64,000 nt of DNA, taken from assembly GCA_963724765.1 (NCBI GenBank), contig CAVRVY010000001.1, positions 800,001 to 864,000 of the forward strand, written 5' to 3'. The first letter of the stretch is position 1. Every line of letters begins with the position of its first letter. Below the pieces are notes generated by a model, which saw nothing but the letters and a program-made list of their open reading frames with translations, had not been told where the DNA came from and did no database searches. A program made the position numbers and the translations under genes. This stretch comes from an uncultured delta proteobacterium. Lineage in GTDB: Bacteria > Desulfobacterota > Binatia > Binatales > Binataceae. This document shows, one piece after another, positions 55,325-64,000 of this stretch.

Positions 55325-57871
55325 ATGGCCGAGGGCCACGATAACAAGCCCGCGCCAGAGCCACAGGAGCCGGCGCTGCAGCCCGCGGCCCCGCCGGTTG
55401 AACTCGGCGCGGACGAGCTGCGCGGCCACTCTCCACTGAGCCCCGACGAGCTGGTGAAGGCGGCGCGCGACGGCGCGCACGAGCTGCTCGGCCAGCAGCG
55501 CGCGCTCGACGCGGTGCGGATGGCGATCGGTATCGGCGCGCCCGGCTACAACGTCTTCGTCAGCCGCGTCCGCTCGCGGCGCGAGCGCGAATCGATCGTC
55601 CGCATCCTGCAGCAGCGGGCGGCGGCGATGCCGACGCCGGGCGACTGGGTTTACGTCAACAACTTCAAGAGTCCCGAGTCGCCGGCCGCGATTTACCTGC
55701 GTGGCGGGCAGGGCGCCGAGCTGCGCGACGGCATGCGCGATCTCGTCAGTTTCCTCATCGAGCAACTGCCCAAGGCCTTTCGCCGTGAAGACTTTGACCA
55801 GGAGCGCAAGGCGTTGCGCGAGAAGTACAACCGCCGCGCCCAGGAATTGTTCACCCAGCTCGAGACTGCTGCCCGCCAGCGCGGCTTCGCAATCCAGGGC
55901 ACGCCCACGGGCCAGCTGTTGTTCATACCGCTCATCGGCGGCAAAGTGCCCGAGTCGCCCGAAGATCTGAATCGCAAGATGCAGGAACTTCCCGAGCAGG
56001 AGCGCGAGCGGCTGGGCAAGGAGCAAAGCGAGCTCGCGGACCTATTCGCGACCATGACGATGCATCAGCAGGAGCTGATGCGCGAACTGATCGAGGAGAT
56101 CCGCCAGATCGAACGCACCTTCGCCGCGCGCCTCATCGCACCCGCCATCGCCGCGCTCAAAACTCGCTTCGAGAGCGCGGCCGTCTCGGCCTACCTCGAC
56201 CAGGTCGCCGCGCACATGCTCGACCGTCTCGATCGCTTCCGCGAGGCTGCGGAAGCGGGGCCCGAGGGCGCGCCGCGTTCCCCCGTGGCGCAGCGCCCCG
56301 ACAGCGCCGACGAGACCCGGTTCTTCGAGTATCAGGTCAACGTGGTCGTCGATAACGCCGGGCGTAGCGGCGCCCCGGTTATCGCCGAGGATGCGCCGAC
56401 TTATCGCAACCTGTTCGGCACCATCGAACGCTGGGTTGACCCGACCGGCCGCAGTGCGACCAACTTCACGCGCATAATCGGCGGCTCGCTGGTCAAGGCG
56501 CACGGCGGCTTTTTGCTCTTCGACCTCGACGACGCGATCGTCGAACCGGGCGTGTGGAAAACGCTCAAGCGCACCCTCAAGACCGGCCGCATGACGCTGG
56601 AGACGCTCGAGCCGTTCCCGTTCTTCATGGTGAGCGGACTCAAGCCCGAGCCGATCGAAGTGGCGACCAAGGTCGTCGTCACCGGCAGCCCTTACCTCTA
56701 CAACACGCTGTACTTTTACGATCCCGAGTTCATCGAGCTGTTCAAGGTCAAGGCCGAGCTGCGTCCGGTGGTTGATGCCGACGCGGAGGCCGCGCGCCAC
56801 TACGCCGCACGCGTGGCCGCGCTGGCGAAGACCGAGGGGCTGCTTGATTTCGAGGGCGGCGCGCTCGCGCGAATCGTGGAGTTCGGGATGCGCGAGGCTG
56901 GCGACCGCAAACGGCTGTTGAGCGTGATGGAACCGATCGACGACCTCGCGCGCGAGGCAGCGTATTACGCGCGCGCGGCGAACGACAAGCAGGTCGGCGC
57001 ACGCCACGTCGATCGCGCGCTCAGCGAGCGCATCCTGCGGGTCAACTTCATCGAGGAAGAAATCCGCCGGCTGATTGCCGGCGGCACCCTCATCGTTCAT
57101 CTCGAGGGCCGCGCGGTGGGCCAGGTCAACGGACTCGCGGTGCTCGACGCCGGCGGCTACAGCTTCGGCCGTCCCTCGCGCATCACCGCGACGGTCGCGC
57201 TCGGCCAGGCCGGCGTGATCAACATCGAGCGCGAGGCGCGGCTGTCGGGATCGACCCACGACAAGGGCATGATGATCCTCGGCGGTTTCTTCCGCCAGCG
57301 TTTCGGCCAGGAGTTGCCGGCCGCGATGACCGCGAGCATCGCGTTCGAGCAGTCCTACTCCGGGATCGACGGCGACAGCGCCAGCTCGACCGAACTCTAC
57401 GTGCTGCTCTCGGCGCTGAGCGGTGTGCCGCTGCGCCAGGACCTGGCCGTGACCGGCTCGGTCGACCAGTACGGCACGGTGCAGGCGATCGGCGGCGCCA
57501 ACGAAAAGATCGAGGGCTTTTACCGCGTGTGCAAGGCAACCGGGCTGAGCGGCACGCAGGGCGTGCTGCTCCCGCGCGCCAACGTCAACAACCTGATGCT
57601 CGATCCGGAAACGGTCGAGGCGGTCGCGAGCGGCCGCTTTCATGTCTACCCGGTTGACACTATCGACCAGGGAATCGAGATCCTGACCGGGATGCGCGCG
57701 GGCACGCTGCAGGAGCCGGGCACCATCAACCATCTCGTGAGCGCCCGCCTGCGCCGCATGTCGGACATCCTGCGCGAGCGCCGGCCGCCCGAGGAGAATC
57801 GCGCGCTGCAGGCGGGTCCGTCGCCAGCACCGGAGCCGCCGCCGCCGACACCGCCGGTTCCGCCGCGTTGA
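55325..57871 (+). CDS. Lon-like (LonB/LonC-type, S16) protease with degenerate AAA module
   Basis: GQQRA, DWVYVNNF..P, NLFGTIE, GQVNGL, DGDSASS (Ser) and GGANEKIEGF (Lys) dyad; ATG after AAGGA. Confidence 0.9.
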   Translation: MAEGHDNKPAPEPQEPALQPAAPPVELGADELRGHSPLSPDELVKAARDGAHELLGQQRALDAVRMAIGIGAPGYNVFVSRVRSRRERESIVRILQQRAAAMPTPGDWVYVNNFKSPESPAAIYLRGGQGAELRDGMRDLVSFLIEQLPKAFRREDFDQERKALREKYNRRAQELFTQLETAARQRGFAIQGTPTGQLLFIPLIGGKVPESPEDLNRKMQELPEQERERLGKEQSELADLFATMTMHQQELMRELIEEIRQIERTFAARLIAPAIAALKTRFESAAVSAYLDQVAAHMLDRLDRFREAAEAGPEGAPRSPVAQRPDSADETRFFEYQVNVVVDNAGRSGAPVIAEDAPTYRNLFGTIERWVDPTGRSATNFTRIIGGSLVKAHGGFLLFDLDDAIVEPGVWKTLKRTLKTGRMTLETLEPFPFFMVSGLKPEPIEVATKVVVTGSPYLYNTLYFYDPEFIELFKVKAELRPVVDADAEAARHYAARVAALAKTEGLLDFEGGALARIVEFGMREAGDRKRLLSVMEPIDDLAREAAYYARAANDKQVGARHVDRALSERILRVNFIEEEIRRLIAGGTLIVHLEGRAVGQVNGLAVLDAGGYSFGRPSRITATVALGQAGVINIEREARLSGSTHDKGMMILGGFFRQRFGQELPAAMTASIAFEQSYSGIDGDSASSTELYVLLSALSGVPLRQDLAVTGSVDQYGTVQAIGGANEKIEGFYRVCKATGLSGTQGVLLPRANVNNLMLDPETVEAVASGRFHVYPVDTIDQGIEILTGMRAGTLQEPGTINHLVSARLRRMSDILRERRPPEENRALQAGPSPAPEPPPPTPPVPPR

Positions 57872-58001
57872 GCGCCGCGCCATGCGCGATGCGGGAATTG
57901 ACGCCGCCCGATGGGCAGCATAGGAATGCTTCGGCGGACGTGCCGAACCTGACCGCGCCACGGTAGCTATACGCCTCGAGCCAAATTGCGGATTACCTGA
58001 G

Positions 58002-59405
58002 ATGCCGATCGACCTGCGCCTGGACGCCGACGAAGTCTCGCTGCTCACCGATTTCTACCTGCTCACAATGGCAGCAGCGTTTTTCGCCAACGGCAACAAC
58101 GATTCCGCCTGCTTCAGCATGTTCACGCGCCGGATGCCGCCGCGGCGCGGCTTCCTGGTGGCGGCCGGGCTGGAGCGGCTGCTCGAAGCGCTCGAGCAGT
58201 TTCACTTCGCGCCGCGGATGCTCGAATATCTCGAATCGCTGCGGCTGTTCACTTCAGAATTCCTGGGCTTCCTCGGCGGACTGCGGTTCAGCGGCGAAGT
58301 ATGGGCGATGCCCGAAGGCACGATCTTCTTCGCCAGCGAACCGATCCTGGAAGTACGCGCACCACTCATCGAGGCGCAGCTGCTCGAGACGCTGGTACTC
58401 AATCAGGCCGGCCTGGCTTCGCTCATCGCGAGCAAGGCGGCGCGCAGCCTGGTGGCGGCTGGCGGGCGGCGGCTGGTTGATTTCGGGCTGCGCCGCAGCC
58501 AGGGCGCCGACGCGGGGCTGGCCGCCGCGCGCTCCAGCTATCTCGCCGGCTTCGCCGGCACCTCCAACGTGCTGGCCGGGATGCGCTACGGAATTCCGCT
58601 CTACGGCACAATGGCGCACAGCTACGTGATGGCGCACGAGCAGGAGCGCGAAGCCTTCGACAGTTACGTCAAAGTTTTTCCGCGCCTCAGCACGTTGCTG
58701 GTCGATACGTACGACACGCTGCGCGGGGTTGAGAACGCGGCCACGGTGGCGTTGGAACTGCGCGAGAAGGGGGTCAAGCTTCAGGGCATCCGGCTTGACA
58801 GCGGCGACCTGCTGGAGCTGAGCAAACGTGCGCGCCGCCTGCTTGATCGGCGCGGGCTCTCCGACGTGCCGATTTTCGCCAGCGGCAACCTCGACGAATA
58901 CCGGATCGCCGAGCTGGTCAAGGCTGGCGCGCCGATCGACGCTTTCGGAGTGGGCACCGCTATGGCGGTGAGCGCGGATGCGCCCGCGCTCGACGTGGCC
59001 TACAAGCTGGTCGAGTACCGCGGCGAGCCGCGCCTGAAAACCTCGAGCGAAAAGGTCACGCTGCCCGGCCGCAAGCAGGTCTTCCGCGCGCGCAACGCCG
59101 CCGGCGGATTTTACGCCGACCTGATCGGTCTGTTCGAAGAGAGCCCGGACAGCCTGGAGCGCGAGTTTCGTCCGGCGCCCGGATCGGTCCAGCCGATGCT
59201 CGAACGCGTGTTCGCCGACGGCCATCGAATTGGCGCGCGGCCTCCGTTAAGCGAGCCGCGCGAGCGTTTCCTCGAATCTTTCGCCCGGCTCGAGCCTCGC
59301 TACAAGGACATCGACCGTCCCGAGACTTTCCCGGTACGCCCGAGCGCCGCGCTCAACGCGCTTATGATCAGCGAGAAGCTGCGCGCCGGCCGCCGCCAGG
59401 GCTGA
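58002..59405 (+). CDS. pncB: Nicotinate phosphoribosyltransferase
   Basis: LLTDFY.LTM, DFGLRR, GTMAHS, LVDTYD, GIRLDSGD, FGVGT, YKLVE. Confidence 0.95.
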   Translation: MPIDLRLDADEVSLLTDFYLLTMAAAFFANGNNDSACFSMFTRRMPPRRGFLVAAGLERLLEALEQFHFAPRMLEYLESLRLFTSEFLGFLGGLRFSGEVWAMPEGTIFFASEPILEVRAPLIEAQLLETLVLNQAGLASLIASKAARSLVAAGGRRLVDFGLRRSQGADAGLAAARSSYLAGFAGTSNVLAGMRYGIPLYGTMAHSYVMAHEQEREAFDSYVKVFPRLSTLLVDTYDTLRGVENAATVALELREKGVKLQGIRLDSGDLLELSKRARRLLDRRGLSDVPIFASGNLDEYRIAELVKAGAPIDAFGVGTAMAVSADAPALDVAYKLVEYRGEPRLKTSSEKVTLPGRKQVFRARNAAGGFYADLIGLFEESPDSLEREFRPAPGSVQPMLERVFADGHRIGARPPLSEPRERFLESFARLEPRYKDIDRPETFPVRPSAALNALMISEKLRAGRRQG

Positions 59406-59410
59406 GCGCG

Positions 59411-60865
59411 ATGGCCGAGCAGCGCGCGGTCCGCCAGGCGGCTTCGGGCCGGCACTTCTCTTCAACCGCGCAACCCTGGTTCGCGCGCGCAGTGCTTGCC
59501 GCGGCGATCGTGATCGGGGCTGGCGCGCGCTTCCATCGCCTCGGCCTCGCGCAGATGGACGTCGACGAAGGCGCCTCGTGGGCGGGCGCCTCCGTACCCA
59601 CGCTCGGCGAAGTAGTGGCTATGGAGCGGCGGATCGATCCCGGCAAGCTCGCGCTCTACGACCTCATGCTGCACGAATGGATCGGCGTTTTTGGCGACCG
59701 CCTCTCTGCGATGCGCGCGATGTCGGCCGTTGTGGGGACGATCGCTATCGTGCTGGTCTTTGCCGCCGTGCGTGAAGCCTGCCGCGGCCCCGATGATGCG
59801 GGCGGCGTAACGGTGGGCGAACTTGCGGGCGCGTTTGCCGCGCTGGCCGTCGCGACCAATCTTACGCTGGTGATCTCCGATCGCACGGCGCGAATGTACT
59901 CGCTGACGCTCGCCGCTGAGTTGGCGCAGGTGATTTTTTTTCTGCGCGCGCGGCGCGAGAGCGGATTGCGTAACTATGCCGGCGTCGCCTGCTTCTCGGC
60001 GCTCGCCGTGGCCGCGAATTTCTCCGCGCTGTGTCTGCTGTCGGCAGAGGCTGCGTGGCTCTTGTGGCTGCTGGGTGGATGGCGCGCGGGCGAGGCTATT
60101 GCGCCGCGCCCGGTGCTGCTGGCCGGCCTCTCCGTCACGGCCGGAATGGCGATGCTGGTGCCGGTGCTGATGGCGGTAGCTCCGACCGTAGCGACGGCGG
60201 TTCACGGCGGCATCATCGACTGGATCAAGCCGCGTCCGCTGTGGTGGCCGCTGGTGATGCTCGAGCAATGGACGGGTTGGGAGCTGTTCGCGCCGGTGGC
60301 GGCGCTGGCGGGCTTCGGCGTGTGGCGGCAATGGCGCGGCGCGGAGTCGGCGCCCGCATTTTTTTCGGTCTGGCTGCTGGTTCCGATGGCCGCGGTGGCC
60401 GTGTTTTCGTGGACCGTCATGCCGCTGATGGTGCCGCGCTACCTGCTCGGCAGCCTGGTCGCGTTATTCGCACTCGCCGCTCTGGGAGCGGCCTCGGTGG
60501 AAAACCGTCTCGCGGTGCTGGGCCTCGCGGCGGCGCTCGCCTTCGTTTCCTTGCAGCGCATCCATCGTCATTTCCGCCGGCCGCAGGGCGCGCAATGGCG
60601 CGAGGCGGTCGAACTCGCGCACGCGAGCGCGGGGCCGCAGGGACAAATCGCCGTGGTCCCCTACTACGCGGCCGACGTGGTGCGTTATTGCCTACCTGCC
60701 GGCAGCCATCAACTCGCGGTCGGCTTCGAAGAGGCTTGCGGACCGGCGCGCGTTGCGATTTTAGCCAGCGCGATCTACGTGCCCGATGGCATGACCGCGA
60801 AAGCGCAGGCTTGCTATCCGCGGGTGCTCGCCGAGCTGCGCCATCTCGAAGTGCGTGCGCGTTGA
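59411..60865 (+). CDS. GT-C fold membrane glycosyltransferase (GT39/PMT-like), paralog 1
   Basis: TM1 then DEGASW, DPGKLALYD.MLHEW, RMY, PRY, WRE; multi-TM. Confidence 0.75.
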   Translation: MAEQRAVRQAASGRHFSSTAQPWFARAVLAAAIVIGAGARFHRLGLAQMDVDEGASWAGASVPTLGEVVAMERRIDPGKLALYDLMLHEWIGVFGDRLSAMRAMSAVVGTIAIVLVFAAVREACRGPDDAGGVTVGELAGAFAALAVATNLTLVISDRTARMYSLTLAAELAQVIFFLRARRESGLRNYAGVACFSALAVAANFSALCLLSAEAAWLLWLLGGWRAGEAIAPRPVLLAGLSVTAGMAMLVPVLMAVAPTVATAVHGGIIDWIKPRPLWWPLVMLEQWTGWELFAPVAALAGFGVWRQWRGAESAPAFFSVWLLVPMAAVAVFSWTVMPLMVPRYLLGSLVALFALAALGAASVENRLAVLGLAAALAFVSLQRIHRHFRRPQGAQWREAVELAHASAGPQGQIAVVPYYAADVVRYCLPAGSHQLAVGFEEACGPARVAILASAIYVPDGMTAKAQACYPRVLAELRHLEVRAR

Positions 60866-60870
60866 ATCCG

Positions 60871-62343
60871 ATGAGGCAGCGCGTGGCGGTCTTCGATCGA
60901 ATCGTGGCATCCAGCGCCGGTCAGGCGGCGATGCGGACCGCGCGCTCGCCGCGAGCGCTCGCCCTGGGGCTGCTCGCGCTCGCACTGGTGCTCGGCGCGG
61001 CCCTGCGCTTTCACGAGTTAGGGTTGGCCGACCTCAGCGCCGACGAAGGCGCTTCGTGGGCGGCCGCCTCCGCGCCCGGCGTGAGCGAGGTGGTGGCGAT
61101 GGAGCATCAGCTCGATCCGGGCAAGCTGCCGCTCTACGATCTTCTGCTGCATGGATGGATTCGCATCTTCGGCGACAGCGTGTCCGCCATGCGCGGGATG
61201 TCGGCCGTCCTGGGAATGATCGCGATCGTGCTGGTCTTCGCCGCCGTGCGCGAGGTCTGCAGCTCATTGGGCGGGCAACCAGGCGCTGCGATCGGCGAGT
61301 TGGCGGGCGGGTTCGCCGCGCTGATCTATGCTGTCAATTTCATGATGGTAACCTCAGATCGCACGGTGCGGATGTATCCGGTGGCGATGAGCGCGGAGCT
61401 TTTGCAGATTTTTTTTCTGGTTCGCGCGCAGCGCCGGGGCGGATGGCTTAACTATGCGGGCGCGGGAATTTTTACCGCGGCGATGGTAGCGGCCAATTTC
61501 ACGGCGTCGTTCCTGCTGTTGGCCGAGGGGCTGTGGCTTGGATGCCTGCTGGCGGCGAAAGCGTCGGGGGCGCGGGTGGAAGGCCTGGCGATCTTTCGCC
61601 CTGGCGCAGCGCTAACCGCAGGCGTCGCACTGCTCGCGCCATTGCTGCCCGCGGCGCTCGCCTCTTCGCGGCAGGCCGTGGCGATGGGCGCGCTCGACTG
61701 GATAAAGATGCGGCCGATGACGTGGCCCTACCAGGTGCTGTTGAATGCGGCCGGCGGCCGGATGTTGTTCTGGAGCTTCGCGGCGCTGGCGGTTTTCGGG
61801 GCGTGGCGGCAAACGCGCCCGGGGCGCCTGGCCTCGGGTTTTTTCGCCGCGTGGACGGTGGGGCCGATCCTGGGCCTGATGGCGGTGACCTACCTGGTCC
61901 GGCCGTTGGAGTTTCCGCGCTACGCGCTGATCGCTTTCGTCGGGATGTTCGCGCTGGCCGCGTTCGGCGCGGCATCGCTGCGCGGCGTTGCCGTGAGTGT
62001 CGCGCTCGCCGCGGCGTTCATCGGCCTCTCGCTCGGCCGTACCCGTCATGCGATCAAACATCCGCACGAAGCGGCCTGGCGCGAGGCGACCGGACTCGCC
62101 GTCCGGCAGACTGCGCCGGACGAACCGATAGCGGTATTCCCGGAATACTGCAAAAACGTGGTGCGCTATTACGTCAGCGCCGAGCGTCGCGCCACCGTGC
62201 GGGGAGAAAACGCGTGCGGGCCGCCGCGGATACTGATTCTCAGCGGCCGGGATATCCTGGGCAAGGACCAGATCGCCGCGATGGAGAAGTGTTACCCGCG
62301 TCTCATCGAGCGGCTGCGCCTGGTGGAGGTCCGCGCACGTTGA
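60871..62343 (+). CDS. GT-C fold membrane glycosyltransferase (GT39/PMT-like), paralog 2
   Basis: DEGASW, DPGKLPLYD.LLHGW, RTVRMY, PRY, WREA; start reassigned to ATG 60871. Confidence 0.75.
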   Translation: MRQRVAVFDRIVASSAGQAAMRTARSPRALALGLLALALVLGAALRFHELGLADLSADEGASWAAASAPGVSEVVAMEHQLDPGKLPLYDLLLHGWIRIFGDSVSAMRGMSAVLGMIAIVLVFAAVREVCSSLGGQPGAAIGELAGGFAALIYAVNFMMVTSDRTVRMYPVAMSAELLQIFFLVRAQRRGGWLNYAGAGIFTAAMVAANFTASFLLLAEGLWLGCLLAAKASGARVEGLAIFRPGAALTAGVALLAPLLPAALASSRQAVAMGALDWIKMRPMTWPYQVLLNAAGGRMLFWSFAALAVFGAWRQTRPGRLASGFFAAWTVGPILGLMAVTYLVRPLEFPRYALIAFVGMFALAAFGAASLRGVAVSVALAAAFIGLSLGRTRHAIKHPHEAAWREATGLAVRQTAPDEPIAVFPEYCKNVVRYYVSAERRATVRGENACGPPRILILSGRDILGKDQIAAMEKCYPRLIERLRLVEVRAR

Positions 62344-63770
62344 TGGTCCGGACGCAGGCGGTTGCGCTGCTCGCTCTAGCGCTGATTGTGGGCGCCGGCC
62401 TGCGCTTTTACCGATTGGGGACGGCCGAGCTCAGCGCCGATGAGGCCGCCTCGTGGGCAGGTGCGACCGCGCCCGATCTTCGTGCGGTCGTCGAGCGCCA
62501 GGGGGTGCTCGATCCCGGCAAGCTCGCGCTCTATGACCTCGCTCTGCACGGATGGATCGCACTTGCCGGCGACGGTGTGGGATCGATGCGTGCGTTTTCG
62601 GCCGTGCTCGGCACCGTCGTGATCGCGCTGGTTTTTGCGGCGACGCGCGAGCTGATGCTGGACCTCGGCGGCGCGGCTGAAATCCCGCGTGCCGAGCTTG
62701 GCGCCGCGTTCGCCGCGCTGATCGCCGCCGTGAATCTCACCTTGCTCGACCAGGCGCGCACGGTGCGGATGTATCCGCTGACGCTGGTGATGGAACTGGC
62801 GCAAGCCGTCTGCTTTCTGCGCGCGGTGTCTGTCCGAGCACGAGGTCTGCGCCGTATCGCGAGCCTCGCTGGCACCGCAGTTTTCAGCGCGCTCGCGATC
62901 GCCTCCAACTTCACTGCCGCCCTGTTGATCGCTGCCGAAGCGATGTGGCTCGGGTGGGTGGCGCTGCGCAGGAGCGGTGACGCTCGCGCAACCGCCGCGA
63001 GCGGACTTCATCTCCTGTTCCCGGCGCTGGCGCTTTGTGCCGGGATGGCGCTGCTGGGGCCGATAGCGCCGAGGGCGGGCCGTACATCGATCGCCGTCGT
63101 GCACGCTGGCGTGCTCAACTGGTCTCATCTGCGGCCGCCCTGGTGGCCGCTTGAAATGCTGCGCAGCGCCTCGGGCAAAGCGCCATTCATGCTGCTGCTG
63201 CCGCTGGCGATGTACGGCGGATGGCGGATGGCCCGGGCCGGCGGCGGCGCGGCGCTGGGCTTCGTGCTCTGGTGGATCCTTGCGCCGGTAGCGCTGGTGA
63301 TGGCCGTCTCGTACGCGTTCACTCCGTTCGAGGAGATGCGCTACGTGATTTCGAGCGTGGCCGCGTTCTTTGTCCTGGCGGGGATGGGGTTGGCGGCGAT
63401 CGATGACGCGAGGTTGCGCCTTGGGTTGCTCGTGCTGGTCGTGGCGCTGTCGCTCGACCATGTGCGCCGCGACTTCGCTAAGCCGCGGTATGTTCAATGG
63501 CGCGAGGCCACCGCGCTTGCGCTCGCGGTGGCCCCCCCCGGCGGCACAATCGCCGTGATGCCCGGCTACGCTGTGAACGTGGTGCGCTACTACCTGCCAC
63601 TTGAACGGCGAGCAAACGTCGAGGAGGACAGAGGGCAATGCGAAATGCGCCAACGCGTACTAGTCCTGAGCGGTGCGGAACTGCTCGCGCCCGCAGAGCT
63701 CGCGGCGCTGCGGGATTGCGACCCGCTGGTTGCCGGGCGGTTTCGGCTGGTCGAAGTCCGCAAGCGCTGA
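62343..63770 (+). CDS. GT-C fold membrane glycosyltransferase (GT39/PMT-like), paralog 3
   Basis: TGATG overlap with paralog 2; DEAASW, DPGKLALYD.ALHGW, RTVRMY, MRY, WREA. Confidence 0.75.
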   Translation: MVRTQAVALLALALIVGAGLRFYRLGTAELSADEAASWAGATAPDLRAVVERQGVLDPGKLALYDLALHGWIALAGDGVGSMRAFSAVLGTVVIALVFAATRELMLDLGGAAEIPRAELGAAFAALIAAVNLTLLDQARTVRMYPLTLVMELAQAVCFLRAVSVRARGLRRIASLAGTAVFSALAIASNFTAALLIAAEAMWLGWVALRRSGDARATAASGLHLLFPALALCAGMALLGPIAPRAGRTSIAVVHAGVLNWSHLRPPWWPLEMLRSASGKAPFMLLLPLAMYGGWRMARAGGGAALGFVLWWILAPVALVMAVSYAFTPFEEMRYVISSVAAFFVLAGMGLAAIDDARLRLGLLVLVVALSLDHVRRDFAKPRYVQWREATALALAVAPPGGTIAVMPGYAVNVVRYYLPLERRANVEEDRGQCEMRQRVLVLSGAELLAPAELAALRDCDPLVAGRFRLVEVRKR

Positions 63771-63809
63771 ACGCGAGGTTGTGATTTCGCCGCGCGCATC
63801 GCGGCACGC

Positions 63810-63998
63810 TTAGGGTTTCGACGGCATGGGAGTCGCCGGCAAACCAGGCTGCGGCACGGCGCTCGGCCGCGCGAGCGATGGTGCCGCATGGGCCGCGCGT
63901 GCGAGTTGGTCGAGCTCGAATACCATCGTCATCAATGCCGGGTCGTCGCCCCGTGGCGGCTTCGCGGAAAGCTTGCGCGGATAGGGAAAATAGATCGC
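63810..63998 (-). CDS. 3' end of a hypothetical gene entering from the right edge
   Basis: Open minus-strand frame AIYFPYPRKLSAKPPRGDDPALMTMVFELDQLARAAH...PSKP* convergent with GT-C paralog 3. Confidence 0.45.
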   Translation of the reverse strand, partial: AIYFPYPRKLSAKPPRGDDPALMTMVFELDQLARAAHAAPSLARPSAVPQPGLPATPMPSKP

Positions 63999-64000
63999 GG

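Overview
High-GC bacterial chromosomal window. Gene order and protein sequences look deltaproteobacterial-like, possibly Candidatus Binatota; this is an inference, not a database result. Bases 1-25,910 hold the core information-processing supercluster: 3' end of rpoB, rpoC, str operon (rpsL-rpsG-fusA-tuf), then S10, spc and alpha operons with secY, adk, map, infA, rpmJ (absent from the ORF track), rpoA and rplQ. Next come tldD-pmbA, coxG with a decayed coxM-like remnant, clpB, an MFS transporter, and a metal/redox module (cupredoxin, ActE-like monoheme cytochrome c, TolC-MFP-CzcA/CusA efflux). Then an SMP-30/gluconolactonase gene whose 3' end is repeated as a 33-bp tandem array, directly followed by a peroxiredoxin with an in-frame TGA at the peroxidatic Cys position and a SECIS-like hairpin (predicted selenoprotein, truncated in the ORF track). 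The rest holds a CoA-transferase, hpnJ-hpnI plus a DMT transporter, two secreted paralogs of unknown function, ggt-arnT-flippase-like genes, an enoyl-CoA hydratase, USP / Hsp20-like / Walker-A-less Lon-like protease, pncB and three tandem divergent GT-C glycosyltransferases. No rRNA, tRNA, CRISPR array or mobile element was recognised. Best leads: the selenoperoxiredoxin and the adjacent gene-end repeat array, whose copies differ mostly by changes synonymous in the upstream gene's frame.
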